Source: Leptolyngbyaceae cyanobacterium
GTDB lineage: Bacteria; Cyanobacteriota; Cyanobacteriia; Phormidesmidales; Phormidesmidaceae
Length of the DNA: 64,000 bases
Direction: 5' to 3'
Assembly: GCA_965263355.1 (NCBI GenBank)
Contig: CBDHHL010000056.1
Location: 2,208,001 to 2,272,000 of the forward strand
Part shown: in pieces, positions 1-10,272 of the stretch
Layout of the letters: every line of letters begins with the position of its first letter
Position numbering within the stretch: the stretch's first letter is position 1
The notes under the pieces: model-generated
What the model was told of the DNA's origin: nothing
What the model saw: the letters and a program-made list of their open reading frames with translations, nothing else
The model's database searches: none
Made by a program: the position numbers and the translations under genes

Positions 1-756
1 TATCCCAGTAATTGACGCCGACATCAGAAAAATAAACCGCAAAAACCGATTTCCTTTTTTGATCCCCAAACTGGCCCCACAGTAACTGCCCAATAACGCC
101 CCCCCAACCAGCCCTGGAGCCAAGGACCACACCGTATGGCCCAGAAAAATGTGGGAAGCCGCCCCAATCATATTCCAGAAAATCCCATTGGCCGATAGGG
201 TCATGGCCGTAGCGTGAAGCTGGTCGTACCGAAAAAACTGCAAATACAAATAAGTAGTAAAAATCCCAGCCCCTGCTGTAATCCAGCCACTGTAAAACGC
301 CATGGGCATCAGCATCAACGAAGCCAGACACCACAGTTTGGGCGACATCTGCCGGGGCTGATGCTCTAGATGATCGCCCTTGCGCAGAAAAGCCACCACC
401 ACCATCACCAAAATGACAATGCCTAAAATGGGCCGCATGGTTTCACCGGACAGGCGACTGGCAAAACGAGTACCTAATATCACCAAGGGCACACCGGTCA
501 ACCCTGTCCACCAAAACATCTGCCAATCAATCAGCCCAGCCTTGATATATCGATAGCCGCTGCCCAACCCAATAAAGCCAACCGCTAATTTATGGCAAGC
601 TAAGGCATTTACAAAGGGCAAACCTAGCAATAAAAGAATCGGTAGCAAAATCAAGCCTGCCCCACCTCCGGCCAAACTCGAAAAAAAACAAGCAATAAAT
701 GACGCGAGAAAACTGGCAACCATAAAGCCAGGGCTCATGTCAGGCATTACAGTCAT
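1..756 (-). CDS. Sulfite exporter TauE/SafE family (TSUP) membrane protein, 3' end runs off the window
   Basis: Not in the ORF track. Open minus frame reads MTVMPDMSPGFMVASFLASFIACFFSSLAGGGAGLILLPILLLLGLPFVNALACHKLAVG..., with the TSUP GGG.G...P motif and multiple TM helices. The ATG overlaps the aat stop (ATGA). Confidence 0.85.
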   Translation of the reverse strand, partial: MTVMPDMSPGFMVASFLASFIACFFSSLAGGGAGLILLPILLLLGLPFVNALACHKLAVGFIGLGSGYRYIKAGLIDWQMFWWTGLTGVPLVILGTRFASRLSGETMRPILGIVILVMVVVAFLRKGDHLEHQPRQMSPKLWCLASLMLMPMAFYSGWITAGAGIFTTYLYLQFFRYDQLHATAMTLSANGIFWNMIGAASHIFLGHTVWSLAPGLVGGALLGSYCGASLGIKKGNRFLRFIFLMSASITGI

Positions 757-1394
757 TTACTGCCCTGATGTAATTGACCCTGCCTCAATAAAATAGGCCG
801 CCTAGGAGCTGATGGAGGCAAAAATCGACAGGGGCGTTGGACCGCCTGATACAGGATTTCTTCGTAAACTTCACTTTCGACAACATACGCACCGAAGCGA
901 GCCAGATGGGGATTCATCATTTGGGCATCAAAGAGGAGGAAGTTTTGCGATCGCAACCACGCCACCAGCTTCACCATAGCTACCTTTGAACCATCAGGAA
1001 TGGTAAAAAACATCGACTCCCCGATAAATGCGCCACCAAGCACAATCCCTAAAATTCCTCCCGCCAGCTGATCCCCCTGCCAGGCCTCGAAACTATGGGC
1101 ATGCCCTGCTCGGTGCAGCATACGATAGATCGCCTTCAATTCATCCGAAATCCAGGTGGTTTCCCGATTTGCACAGCCCTCAATAACCCCATCAAAATCC
1201 CGATTAAAGGCAGTCTCAAACCGATTTTGGTTCAGTACACGACGCAGTGATTTTGGGAAACGAAACCGATCATCCAACGGAATCAATGCTCGTTTACGGC
1301 TGGAATACCAATTAAGCGTTTGGCAATCGCTATCTGCCATTAAAAAATAGCCCTGGGCATAGCATTGCAAAATGTGGGGAATCGAGTAAGCCAT
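753..1394 (-). CDS. aat: Leucyl/phenylalanyl-tRNA--protein transferase
   Basis: Motifs YAQGYFLMAD, TWI...YRMLHRAGHAHSFEAW, GGAFIGESMF, DAQ..NPHLARFGA. Confidence 0.95.
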   Translation of the reverse strand: MAYSIPHILQCYAQGYFLMADSDCQTLNWYSSRKRALIPLDDRFRFPKSLRRVLNQNRFETAFNRDFDGVIEGCANRETTWISDELKAIYRMLHRAGHAHSFEAWQGDQLAGGILGIVLGGAFIGESMFFTIPDGSKVAMVKLVAWLRSQNFLLFDAQMMNPHLARFGAYVVESEVYEEILYQAVQRPCRFLPPSAPRRPILLRQGQLHQGSK

Positions 1395-1518
1395 AGTAGC
1401 TAAGACAGCAGGGACACTCCCGTTACATTCTTCAAACCCTCTCCCTACCGTAGCCTAAAAAAACTTACCCTAAAAGAACCAAGCATCCAAAAATATAGGT
1501 ATTGCCGCAGCATCCCCT

Positions 1519-1848
1519 ATGCCTGAACCGATTCCATCCGTCACGTTACCACCTGCTCAAAATCCATACCAGGAAGGCGAATGGCTAAGAGCATCACTGC
1601 AACAGTGGTTAGATACCGAATTTTTACCAGAAGCCGTAAATCAGGACATCGCCCAGCGCGCCTCCCAAGTGTTTATCCGGCAACGCATGGAAGGGGAAAA
1701 TGAATTGATTCCTCTAGTCATGGCCATTTTGATCGAAATGCAAGCCTTCGATTTCTCCAAAAGTTTCTACAGTGAGTTTTCAGTTGCCAATGCTGTCGGT
1801 GATTTATTGCTAGATAGCCTGGGCATTGATCGCTGCTGCGGAGCATAG
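1519..1848 (+). CDS. Conserved cyanobacterial hypothetical protein
   Basis: 109-aa ORF with WLDTEFLPE and FYSEFSVANAV motifs; 3 bp from the next gene. Confidence 0.75.
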   Translation: MPEPIPSVTLPPAQNPYQEGEWLRASLQQWLDTEFLPEAVNQDIAQRASQVFIRQRMEGENELIPLVMAILIEMQAFDFSKSFYSEFSVANAVGDLLLDSLGIDRCCGA

Positions 1849-1851
1849 AAT

Positions 1852-2757
1852 ATGCTTTGGTTAGCCCTTGCCAGCGGCACCGCCCTATGCGAAGCCCTAA
1901 AGGATGCCACTGGGAAACAGGCGCTAAAATCCTTAGATGAATATTCAGTTTTATTAGGCTTTACCAGCGTTGGAGCCCTGTTCATGGCCACACTGATGCT
2001 GGTAACTGGCGGCGTACCGACCTTAGGACCTGATTTTGGGCTGGCACTGCTGATCGGGGGAGGATTAAATATTTTGGCCTTCACCCTTTACACTAAGGCA
2101 ATCAAAATTGCCGATCTGTCATTGACAGTACCGTTAGTCACCTTAACGCCCCTCTTTCTGCTGGTGACCTCTCCAATTATCGTTGACGAATGGCCTACCG
2201 GACTCGATGCTATGGGTGTGCTGTTGCTCATTGTGGGGTCCTATCTGCTCAATCTAAAACCAAGTGATGGGTTCACCCTGGCCCCCTTAAAGGCACTGAT
2301 GACCAATCCAGGTAGTCGAATGATGCTGGGTGTTGCCTTTTTATGGAGCATCACCTCAAACTTTGATAAGGTTGGCACCCTAAATTCATCATCTCTATTT
2401 TGGGGCATGTCGCTGTTTGGCACCATCGCCATGGGTATGGTGCCATTTGTGATCAGACAGGTTTGGCAGCAGGGAACAGGTTCAGTGTTTGGGAAGATGC
2501 GAACTGATAAGTTGGCAAACGTGCGATCTCAAGCACCATTCATCATACTTGCAGGCCTATTCAATGCCACTGGCATCAGCTTACAGTTTGTCGCCTTGAC
2601 GATGGCTCCAGTAGCCCAAGTCGTCGCCGTCAAGCGTATGAGTGCCTTAATTTCAGTTGGGTTTGGCTATGCTCTATTTGGTGAAACAGAACTACGAGAG
2701 CGCCTGCTAGGGGCAGCCATTATGGTCAGTGGTGTCGCCATTATGGCTATCGATTAA
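1852..2757 (+). CDS. EamA/DMT family transporter
   Basis: About ten TM helices; ADLSLTVPLVTLTPLF and AVKRMSALISV...LFGE motifs. Confidence 0.9.
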   Translation: MLWLALASGTALCEALKDATGKQALKSLDEYSVLLGFTSVGALFMATLMLVTGGVPTLGPDFGLALLIGGGLNILAFTLYTKAIKIADLSLTVPLVTLTPLFLLVTSPIIVDEWPTGLDAMGVLLLIVGSYLLNLKPSDGFTLAPLKALMTNPGSRMMLGVAFLWSITSNFDKVGTLNSSSLFWGMSLFGTIAMGMVPFVIRQVWQQGTGSVFGKMRTDKLANVRSQAPFIILAGLFNATGISLQFVALTMAPVAQVVAVKRMSALISVGFGYALFGETELRERLLGAAIMVSGVAIMAID

Positions 2758-2870
2758 AGATTCAGCTATCTCGCCGATTTTGATTGCACTATAGGTATAT
2801 ACACTCGATACACTCAATGTTGCGATAGAATAGCTTCTATAAATTTAAGTGTCTGTGCTGGAGACTCCCG

Positions 2871-2987
2871 ATGCTGACTCTAAAGATCGTTGTATACGTG
2901 ACCGTTTTCTTCTTTGTAGGCCTATTTATTTTTGGTTTCCTCAACGGCGACCCCGCTCGGAATCCTGGCCGTCAAGATATGGAATAA
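2871..2987 (+). CDS. psbI: Photosystem II reaction centre protein I
   Basis: Below the ORF-track cutoff; translates [38 protein letters not shown] (38 aa); GGAG upstream. Confidence 0.97.
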   Translation: MLTLKIVVYVTVFFFVGLFIFGFLNGDPARNPGRQDME

Positions 2988-3034
2988 TTCCTGCCATACG
3001 CTAAGTCCGAAAGAGTTCCAATGAATTTTGATCA

Positions 3035-3066
3035 GGCTCCTTGGCTAGCCCAGCTAAGGAGCTTTT
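3035..3066 (+). terminator. Intrinsic terminator after psbI
   Basis: GGCTCCTTGGCT-agccc-AGCTAAGGAGCT followed by T run. Confidence 0.65.
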
Positions 3067-3163
3067 AATACGGGTCAGTTTTACCCAGAAGGACTGTTTC
3101 GACGCTTGTGTTCATGAGGGTTAGCCTTAGTCAGCTGACCATTGGCCGTTTTTAACAATATCC

Positions 3164-5704
3164 ATGGCCCCAATCGATTTACCTCCTGAACCTTCATTAC
3201 ATCAGTTATCTACGGTCTCCATCAGCACAGTTTCACCTAAAACGAAGCACAGCGGGACTCAACACTCACTTACCCATCATTATTCTGCGCCTAGTCACTC
3301 GCAAGATCGTGTCTTAGCACCTGTTTTTTCCCCCAGGAGTCTTATTCCTGCTGGACAGCTGTCAGCTCCTAGTTCTGACGATTTCTCAAAACCTAATCTG
3401 GCTCAATTGCCAATTCTGCCTTCAGAAACCGATACAGCTCCGGCTGCAATTGATGAAGAAACCCTAGATACTGTCAACGACACCATTGATGAGCTATCAG
3501 ATTCAGAAACGATTGACGCCATCGATGAGCTGTCAGATACAGAAATGATTGAAACAATTGAACCGGCAAATATAGAAGCCATCGAACCGCTAATAGACAC
3601 CGGAGAAATCGAATCGGAAGCTGTAGACCTCGATCATGCCAATCCAGACGACATCATAGAGTTAGAGGCGATCGATTTAAACGAAGTAGAACCAGGTGAT
3701 TTAGACGCCATCGATCAAGTTCCTGACACTTTAGAAGAATTAGAAGAAACTGATTTAGACGCCATTACGTCAGATGAATCTACTACATCGACTGACTCCG
3801 ATGCATCCAACTCAGCTGTAGAGTTCCCTACGGCAGATACCGCTACTCCATTAGATCCCTCAAAGTTAGAGATCACGGCTGACACACAAATATTTAACTC
3901 CGATAGGCAAGTGGTCATTGCTCGGGGCAATGTGGTCTTCAAGCTCAATAACGCTTTTCTGCTAGCCGATGAACTATGGGTCAACCTAGTCAACCGCTAT
4001 GTGTTGGCCGAGGGGAATGTGATTCTGACTAGTGGCGAACAAGAAGTCCGAGGTGAGCGGGCTGAATATAATCTGCTACAGGAAGCTGGCACTATTTTTG
4101 AAACACGAGGAGAACTTTTTTTCCCAGACCTGGAAGACGATTTTGCGTCGCCCACAGAAGGCAATCTTACGAGTCGAACGGTTTTTGATCCCCTTAATCC
4201 TGATTCAGATATCGCCAATGTCAGAGGTACAGGTGGTTTTGCCGTCAGTTCAGAGATTAGAGATAATACCCCTGGATCATTTCCAGAAGGTGAGGGAGGC
4301 ATTAAACGCCTGCGCTTTGAAGCGGCTCGCGTTAACTTCGATGCCGAAACTTGGGTTGCAGAGGAAGTACGCTTAACCAATGATCCCTTTTCTCCACCCG
4401 AGGTAGAATTCCGCACTGACCGGATGACCCTAGTCAGTTTATCGCCCACAGCAGATTTACTGACTACAGAAGATCCTCGGCTGGTATTTGATCAAGGGCT
4501 AGCTTTACCATTATTTAAGTCAAGATATATCCTGAATCGTGGCGCTGCTGATTCAAGGCAAATTATTCCTTTTGGCATAAATATTGGTAGCGATTCTCAA
4601 GATCGCGGTGGGCTGTTTGTGGAAAGTGAATTTTCCATCGTTCGCAATGCATTCACTAACCTTAGTGTTACTCCTCAATATTTTGTCGAGCGCGCATCCA
4701 ATCAGGGAGCAACGGATCTAGATGTCTTTGGGATTGAGGTTGACTTTGATACTCGTCTATCGCCTACATCCGACCTCTCTGCTCGGGCTACATTAACTAG
4801 CTTCAATTTAAATCAGATTGACGACAATCTCCGTGGCTATATTCGCAATCGTTATCTCATTGGCAAACATAAGCTCACTGCAGAGTATAGCTATCGCGAT
4901 CGCTTTTTTAATGGCAGTCTGGGGTTTCAAGATGTCCAATCTAGCGTTGGCGCATTACTCCTCTCACCACCCGTTAATTTAGATGGTCGTGGTCTGATTT
5001 GGACGTATCAAATTGATGGCCGGTTAATCAGATCAAGAACTGACCGCATTGATCTTCTCGGTAGACCCAGACGGGGAGGAGACGAGGATTTGATTACCCT
5101 GGGTCGAGTACAAGCTAGCACACGCTTACGGAAAAGGTTTAATCTGTGGCGTGGTAAACCTTTAGCTGCCACCCAGGATAAAGGTTTACGCTATAGCCCA
5201 GTCCCCCTAGTGCCTAATTTAAACCTAACCCTTAATTTAGTGGGTGTTGGCGCATACTACACAAGTGACGAACTAACAACAGAACTCTCTGGAGATATCC
5301 GGTTAGACGGACAGTTCGGACATTTGTCTAAGAATTTTTTTGACTACACCCGTTTTAATATTGGATATTCTGAAGACATCGTGTCTGATGACCGTTCTCC
5401 ATTTTTGTTTGATCGAGATGTTGATCGACGAGTGCTTAGCTTTGGTATCTTACAGCAAATTATTGGCCCCTTTTTATTAGGGTTTCAAACCTCTATCAAC
5501 ATCAACACCAGGAAAGAAATTAATACTGATATCATCCTCCAGTATAGTCGTCGCACCTATGGAATAGTTGCCCGCTATAGTCCTACCCGAGAAACTGGCT
5601 CTATAGGATTTAGACTGAGCGATTTTAACTGGCTTGGTAGCGGCAGCCCTTTTGATGAACCGAATATTCGTCAGGTAGAGAATGGTTTAGCAGAACAGCG
5701 TTGA
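3164..5704 (+). CDS. DUF3769 / LptD(OstA)-like outer-membrane protein with long acidic N-terminal linker
   Basis: OstA-like ITAD.Q...VVIARGNV, RLRFEA, RLTNDPFSPPE, YSYRDRFFNGSLGFQDVQSSVG; this family commonly follows psbI in cyanobacteria. Confidence 0.85.
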   Translation: MAPIDLPPEPSLHQLSTVSISTVSPKTKHSGTQHSLTHHYSAPSHSQDRVLAPVFSPRSLIPAGQLSAPSSDDFSKPNLAQLPILPSETDTAPAAIDEETLDTVNDTIDELSDSETIDAIDELSDTEMIETIEPANIEAIEPLIDTGEIESEAVDLDHANPDDIIELEAIDLNEVEPGDLDAIDQVPDTLEELEETDLDAITSDESTTSTDSDASNSAVEFPTADTATPLDPSKLEITADTQIFNSDRQVVIARGNVVFKLNNAFLLADELWVNLVNRYVLAEGNVILTSGEQEVRGERAEYNLLQEAGTIFETRGELFFPDLEDDFASPTEGNLTSRTVFDPLNPDSDIANVRGTGGFAVSSEIRDNTPGSFPEGEGGIKRLRFEAARVNFDAETWVAEEVRLTNDPFSPPEVEFRTDRMTLVSLSPTADLLTTEDPRLVFDQGLALPLFKSRYILNRGAADSRQIIPFGINIGSDSQDRGGLFVESEFSIVRNAFTNLSVTPQYFVERASNQGATDLDVFGIEVDFDTRLSPTSDLSARATLTSFNLNQIDDNLRGYIRNRYLIGKHKLTAEYSYRDRFFNGSLGFQDVQSSVGALLLSPPVNLDGRGLIWTYQIDGRLIRSRTDRIDLLGRPRRGGDEDLITLGRVQASTRLRKRFNLWRGKPLAATQDKGLRYSPVPLVPNLNLTLNLVGVGAYYTSDELTTELSGDIRLDGQFGHLSKNFFDYTRFNIGYSEDIVSDDRSPFLFDRDVDRRVLSFGILQQIIGPFLLGFQTSININTRKEINTDIILQYSRRTYGIVARYSPTRETGSIGFRLSDFNWLGSGSPFDEPNIRQVENGLAEQR

Positions 5705-5990
5705 CCCCCTACGTACTTTGAATGCACAGCCCATAGATTTATTCTCAGCTCAACAAAGTTTAAAGACCGCATCAAGAATATATTTCTAAGGTTAAAGTTA
5801 AGAACCGTAGGGGAATATCTAAACCTGTCAATATTGTTTTCCAAATGTATTAGGAAATTGTTACTTAAACGATGAATTAAACCTTGTCCATGTCCAGAAC
5901 GGTCGTTCTTCCGTAGAAGAACCGACAAGTTTTAACTTAGACGTGGTTTAGCTAATAGCTAGTCATTTGGGCTAAGGGTAGGTAAATATT

Positions 5991-6587
5991 ATGGCATCAG
6001 AACTAGAACGAGAAGCAAAACAGGCCATTGCGCTGATTAAGTCCTTTAGCCTGGAACTAGAGCACTACAGTCCTGAAAGCCAAGTACTCTATTGGCTTAA
6101 CCAGTATCGCGCGGCTTGGATTAGAGACGCCGTCATTGAGGCGGTTTATCAAGGGCGTTACAAAATTATCTCCGTTGCCCACCTGCTTGATCTGTGGAAA
6201 CGACGTGGTCAACCCGTTTGCCACTTTACTTCAGGCTTTGAGCAAGTGATTTCAGCCCAACTTGGCACTCCACTACATTTGTCCCCATCAATGATGTCTC
6301 ACGCCCCAAAGCCAGCTGAAGCAATTGGCAAGAGTGACATTTCTGCAAGAAGCTACGGAGACTATCTAGGCTTATCAATAGATTCATTTCCTGTAGCAGA
6401 TACAAATGATTTAGTTGAAGTGTATCAAGCTAACGGATCTCGTCAAAAATGGGTAGACAATCCAGACACATCAAACATCCAGTCTGAGAAAAGAAGCCAT
6501 ACCTCAGATTATATAATTCTGGGCAAATCATCACCCATTGAACCCTTTCGTCCTACTCTCCGTCAAAAGCATTTGTCTAGGCGCTAA
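5991..6587 (+). CDS. Conserved cyanobacterial hypothetical protein
   Basis: 198-aa ORF with the block WIRDAVIEAVYQGRYK..SV..LL.LWKRRGQP..HF...FE. Confidence 0.75.
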   Translation: MASELEREAKQAIALIKSFSLELEHYSPESQVLYWLNQYRAAWIRDAVIEAVYQGRYKIISVAHLLDLWKRRGQPVCHFTSGFEQVISAQLGTPLHLSPSMMSHAPKPAEAIGKSDISARSYGDYLGLSIDSFPVADTNDLVEVYQANGSRQKWVDNPDTSNIQSEKRSHTSDYIILGKSSPIEPFRPTLRQKHLSRR

Positions 6588-7089
6588 CGTCACCCAGTCG
6601 AATTTCGGAACAAAAGGACGCCATGGTTTGGCCTGCGTCTCCGCTGACAATATTAGTGCGCATTCTGAGCCTCTCAGTAATAAACCACCAGCGCTCCTCA
6701 GATCGTCGTCCATTGAATTCTGTGACTATGGTCAACACTTCATTTTCAAATCGATACTGACTAACTTGAAGGGCTGCATTGCCATCGGTCTGACTGAATA
6801 ATTTACCACTAGTGTCATCGGTTGGGATCCCTACCAGCAATGTTGATTGGTTACGCGTCTGTCCCCCTAAGATCGTACTTTTCTGGACAATCCGTAGACC
6901 ACCGATCGCTTCTGCTGGAGTCCAATCACATTGATCACAAAGCTGAACAATAGCATCGGCATTGGTGTCAAGGTAAGTCACCTCTAAATCTGATTTACCG
7001 GCCTTTGAGCTACCCGCCTTTAAATAGTGGGTGGTGCGCTGCGAAAACCATCGTCCACTTTGCTTTTTAAAAAAGTTCACATTCTGCAT
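6577..7089 (-). CDS. Phycobiliprotein lyase, CpcS/CpeS (S-type) family
   Basis: FF..SGRWFSQRTTHYL, EERWWF...LRMRT, ASFCSEIR; start moved to the ATG at 7089. Confidence 0.88.
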   Translation of the reverse strand: MQNVNFFKKQSGRWFSQRTTHYLKAGSSKAGKSDLEVTYLDTNADAIVQLCDQCDWTPAEAIGGLRIVQKSTILGGQTRNQSTLLVGIPTDDTSGKLFSQTDGNAALQVSQYRFENEVLTIVTEFNGRRSEERWWFITERLRMRTNIVSGDAGQTMASFCSEIRLGDVSA

Positions 7090-7289
7090 AAATAGGTCTG
7101 AATGGAGTGACACATGGGGCCACAATTCGTTATCTGCCTTTAAGTTTACGCTGTGACGCCCCCTTCAAAATCATCAGTTCACTGGCCACAACCTATGGAA
7201 GCCAGACGTATCCAATGATCGAGAGCAATTCGCAATGATAAGCTAACAAATGCGAATTTAAAACCCTTTTAGTCTGTGGTGAAATTTCA

Positions 7290-8354
7290 ATGACCCAACC
7301 TGATCAAACGCCCTACTTGTTAAGAGCCGCCAAGGGCGAAATCTTGGATCGACCACCGGTCTGGATGATGCGTCAGGCGGGTCGATACATGAAGATATAT
7401 CGCGATTTACGAGAGAAATATCCATCCTTCCGCGAACGTTCTGAGAACCCAGAACTTGCTATTGAGATTTCACTGCAGCCCTGGCGAGCCTTTCGGCCTG
7501 ATGGTGTGATTATGTTTTCAGACATTTTGACTCCCTTACCGGGCATGGGCATATCCTTTGACATTGTAGAAAGCAAGGGCCCCATCATTGAGCCCGCAAT
7601 TCGCACCCAAGCGCAAATCGATGCTCTGCGTCCACTGAACCCTGAAGCAGATTTACCCTTTATTCGTCAGATTTTAACTACCCTGCGACAGGAAGTAGGC
7701 AATGCATCGACAGTACTCGGTTTTGTTGGATCTCCTTGGACACTAGCGGCTTATGCTGTCGAAGGTAAAAGCTCTAAGAACTACTCTGTGATTAAGGGCA
7801 TGGCCTTCTCTGAGCCCAAGATGCTGCATCAGCTTTTGAGCCACTTAGCAGACGGCATCGCGACCTATGTGCGCTATCAAATTGACTGTGGTGCTCAGGT
7901 AGTCCAACTATTTGATTCTTGGGCAGGTCAGCTCAGTCCTGAAGACTATCGTACATTTGCGCTGCCTTATCAACAGCAGGTAGTACGCCAGGTTAAAGAA
8001 ACTCACCCTGATACCCCCATCATCCTTTACATCAGTGGCAGTGCCGGTGTCCTAGAATTAATGGGAGAGTCTGGCGTAGATATTATTAGCCTCGACTGGA
8101 CGGTTGATATGGCCGATGGCCGACGACGGCTAGGTCCCAATATGAAGGTGCAGGGCAATGTTGACCCTGGGGTCTTGTTTGGTTCGAAGGATTTTATTCG
8201 CGATCGCATCCTCGACACCGTCCGCAAAGCAGGTCGAGGCGGCCACATTTTGAATCTTGGTCACGGCATTCTTCCGGGCACTCCCGAAGAAAATGCAGCC
8301 CATTTCTTTGAAACAGCCAAACGAATTGAAGAGTTAATGGCAGTTCCAGCTTAA
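7290..8354 (+). CDS. hemE: Uroporphyrinogen decarboxylase
   Basis: [31 protein letters not shown] motifs. Confidence 0.98.
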   Translation: MTQPDQTPYLLRAAKGEILDRPPVWMMRQAGRYMKIYRDLREKYPSFRERSENPELAIEISLQPWRAFRPDGVIMFSDILTPLPGMGISFDIVESKGPIIEPAIRTQAQIDALRPLNPEADLPFIRQILTTLRQEVGNASTVLGFVGSPWTLAAYAVEGKSSKNYSVIKGMAFSEPKMLHQLLSHLADGIATYVRYQIDCGAQVVQLFDSWAGQLSPEDYRTFALPYQQQVVRQVKETHPDTPIILYISGSAGVLELMGESGVDIISLDWTVDMADGRRRLGPNMKVQGNVDPGVLFGSKDFIRDRILDTVRKAGRGGHILNLGHGILPGTPEENAAHFFETAKRIEELMAVPA

Positions 8355-8388
8355 TGCTAAGCCTAGCTCAACAGTTGGAAACCATAGT

Positions 8389-8418
8389 CTATGGCCCCTT
8401 TGCCGGGGCCATAGTTTT
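8389..8418 (+). terminator. Intrinsic terminator after hemE
   Basis: CTATGGCCCC-tttgcc-GGGGCCATAG-TTTT. Confidence 0.75.
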
Positions 8419-8521
8419 CTGAAGATTTTGAAAAATTTCCTCAGCAGAGCATCACACTAGCTGTCATAACTGTTACACAAAGTAATAGTATATATACTCA
8501 AATATCCTGCCCAATCAAACC

Positions 8522-9520
8522 GTGAGTCAACTGGCACAATTCATCAACCCATCGCCCCAAAGAATTTTTATTACTGGTGCCAGCGGCTGTATTGGCCATT
8601 ATGTGCTTGAAAGCCTCCTTGCAAATACCAATCACGAGCTTTTTCTTCTCCTACGTAATCCATGTAAACTGCAACTTGACATTAACAAACAGTCCAGGGT
8701 TCATATACTACAAGGTGATATTCGCGAAATTGAGCAGTTTGCCGACTTAATAGTCACCATGGACAGTGCTATCCTCATCGCCACATCTTGGGGGGGAGCA
8801 CCTGCTATTTATGACGTTAATGTCACTGGCAATTTAAGGCTGATGGAGCTACTTGATCCTGAACGCATTCAACAAGTAATCTACTTTTCGACAGCTAGCA
8901 TCTTAGACCGACAAAACCGACCTTTAAAAGAAGCCGGACAGGTCTCTTTTGACTACATTCGTAGTAAACATCAATGCCATCAAAAACTTAGAGCCTTGGC
9001 AATTTTTCCAAAAATCACTACTCTCTTCCCCACACTAGTTTTTGGTGGTGATACCAATAAACCCTATTCCCATATATCAAGTGGGTTGCCCGAAGTCACT
9101 AAGTGGATTGATCTCATACGCTTTTTCCGTGCAGATGGCACCCTGCATTTTATTCATGCTAAGGACATTGCAACGGTTGTCACCTATTTAGTAGATCACG
9201 CGCCCAAAGCTGATGAGTCACGGGAACTTGTATTGGGTAATCCTGCACTCGCCGTTAATGAAGCAGTTGCTGAGGTCAGCCATTACCTAGGCCGATCAAT
9301 TTATTTTCAGATTCCGCTAACCCAAGGTCTAATAGACTTTTTTATTAAGCTTTTCAATGTCCGTATGGAAGACTGGGATCGGTTTTGTTTAAAGTATCGT
9401 CATTTTACTTATCAAAACCCCCTGACCCCTATCAACTTTGGCATAGACACTTACTGTGCTACTGTTGCTGAGCTATTTCAAGCCACTGGCATCGAATCAA
9501 AGCAAAGAAAAACACGCTAG
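8522..9520 (+). CDS. NAD(P)-dependent epimerase/dehydratase (extended SDR)
   Basis: IFITGASGCIG Rossmann motif and Y..SK catalytic motif. Confidence 0.9.
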   Translation: MSQLAQFINPSPQRIFITGASGCIGHYVLESLLANTNHELFLLLRNPCKLQLDINKQSRVHILQGDIREIEQFADLIVTMDSAILIATSWGGAPAIYDVNVTGNLRLMELLDPERIQQVIYFSTASILDRQNRPLKEAGQVSFDYIRSKHQCHQKLRALAIFPKITTLFPTLVFGGDTNKPYSHISSGLPEVTKWIDLIRFFRADGTLHFIHAKDIATVVTYLVDHAPKADESRELVLGNPALAVNEAVAEVSHYLGRSIYFQIPLTQGLIDFFIKLFNVRMEDWDRFCLKYRHFTYQNPLTPINFGIDTYCATVAELFQATGIESKQRKTR

Positions 9521-9616
9521 ACTGTGTAACGCAGTAAATATGAATGAGGCTTATGCTGTAGAGGTAAATGTTTGACCTCAGTATTTACCGCCCCAGTTCA
9601 AAAATGATTTTGTGAG

Positions 9617-9642
9617 AAGTGGGACTTCAAGGCCCACTTTTT
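9617..9642 (+). promoter_or_regulatory. rimP leader hairpin (attenuator-like)
   Basis: AAGTGGG-acttcaagg-CCCACTT-TTT just upstream of rimP, resembling the widespread GTGGG/CCCAC rimP-leader stem. Confidence 0.6.
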
Positions 9643-9667
9643 ATTTTGTTTAATTTATCAAGTATTT

Positions 9668-10138
9668 ATGGCCCATCCTGTTATCCCACAGGTTCTTGAA
9701 ATAGCCATTCCCATTGCCTCCGACTTGGGATTAGAGGTGGTGGGCGCGGTTTTTCAAACCAACCATAATCCCCCGGTTTTGCGTGTTGACGTCCGCAACC
9801 AAACTCAGGAAGATACAAGTTTAGAAGACTGTGAACACATGAGCATTGCCCTGGGTGAGGCATTAGAAACCTCCGATACCTTACCAGATGCATACGTCCT
9901 TGAAGTGTCTAGTCCCGGAGTTTCTGACCAGCTCAAAACTGATCGTGATTTCCTTGTTTTTAAGGGGTTTAGCATCGAAGTTACACTCCACACACCCCAT
10001 AAGGGCAAAAAAGTGTGGGTAGGCACTCTTCTAGAACGCTCAGATAGTAAATTAGCAATTAGCCAACGGGGGCGTCGCGTTGCCTTACCCAGTGAGTTAG
10101 TAGAGACAGTTCAGCTTAGCAATCACTCAGACATATGA
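9668..10138 (+). CDS. rimP: Ribosome maturation factor RimP
   Basis: SLEDCE..S, YVLEVSSPG; first gene of the nusA-infB operon. Confidence 0.96.
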   Translation: MAHPVIPQVLEIAIPIASDLGLEVVGAVFQTNHNPPVLRVDVRNQTQEDTSLEDCEHMSIALGEALETSDTLPDAYVLEVSSPGVSDQLKTDRDFLVFKGFSIEVTLHTPHKGKKVWVGTLLERSDSKLAISQRGRRVALPSELVETVQLSNHSDI

Positions 10139-10272
10139 CCCAGGTGTCGAATACCTACTAGCCAAACGAGGCCTGAGCCAATACCACGCACGCTAAGATA
10201 TCAGGCTTAAATAAGCATCATTCTTATTATTTTATTCGTACGGAAACCATTTGTTTCAGGAGAAGAGAGCCC

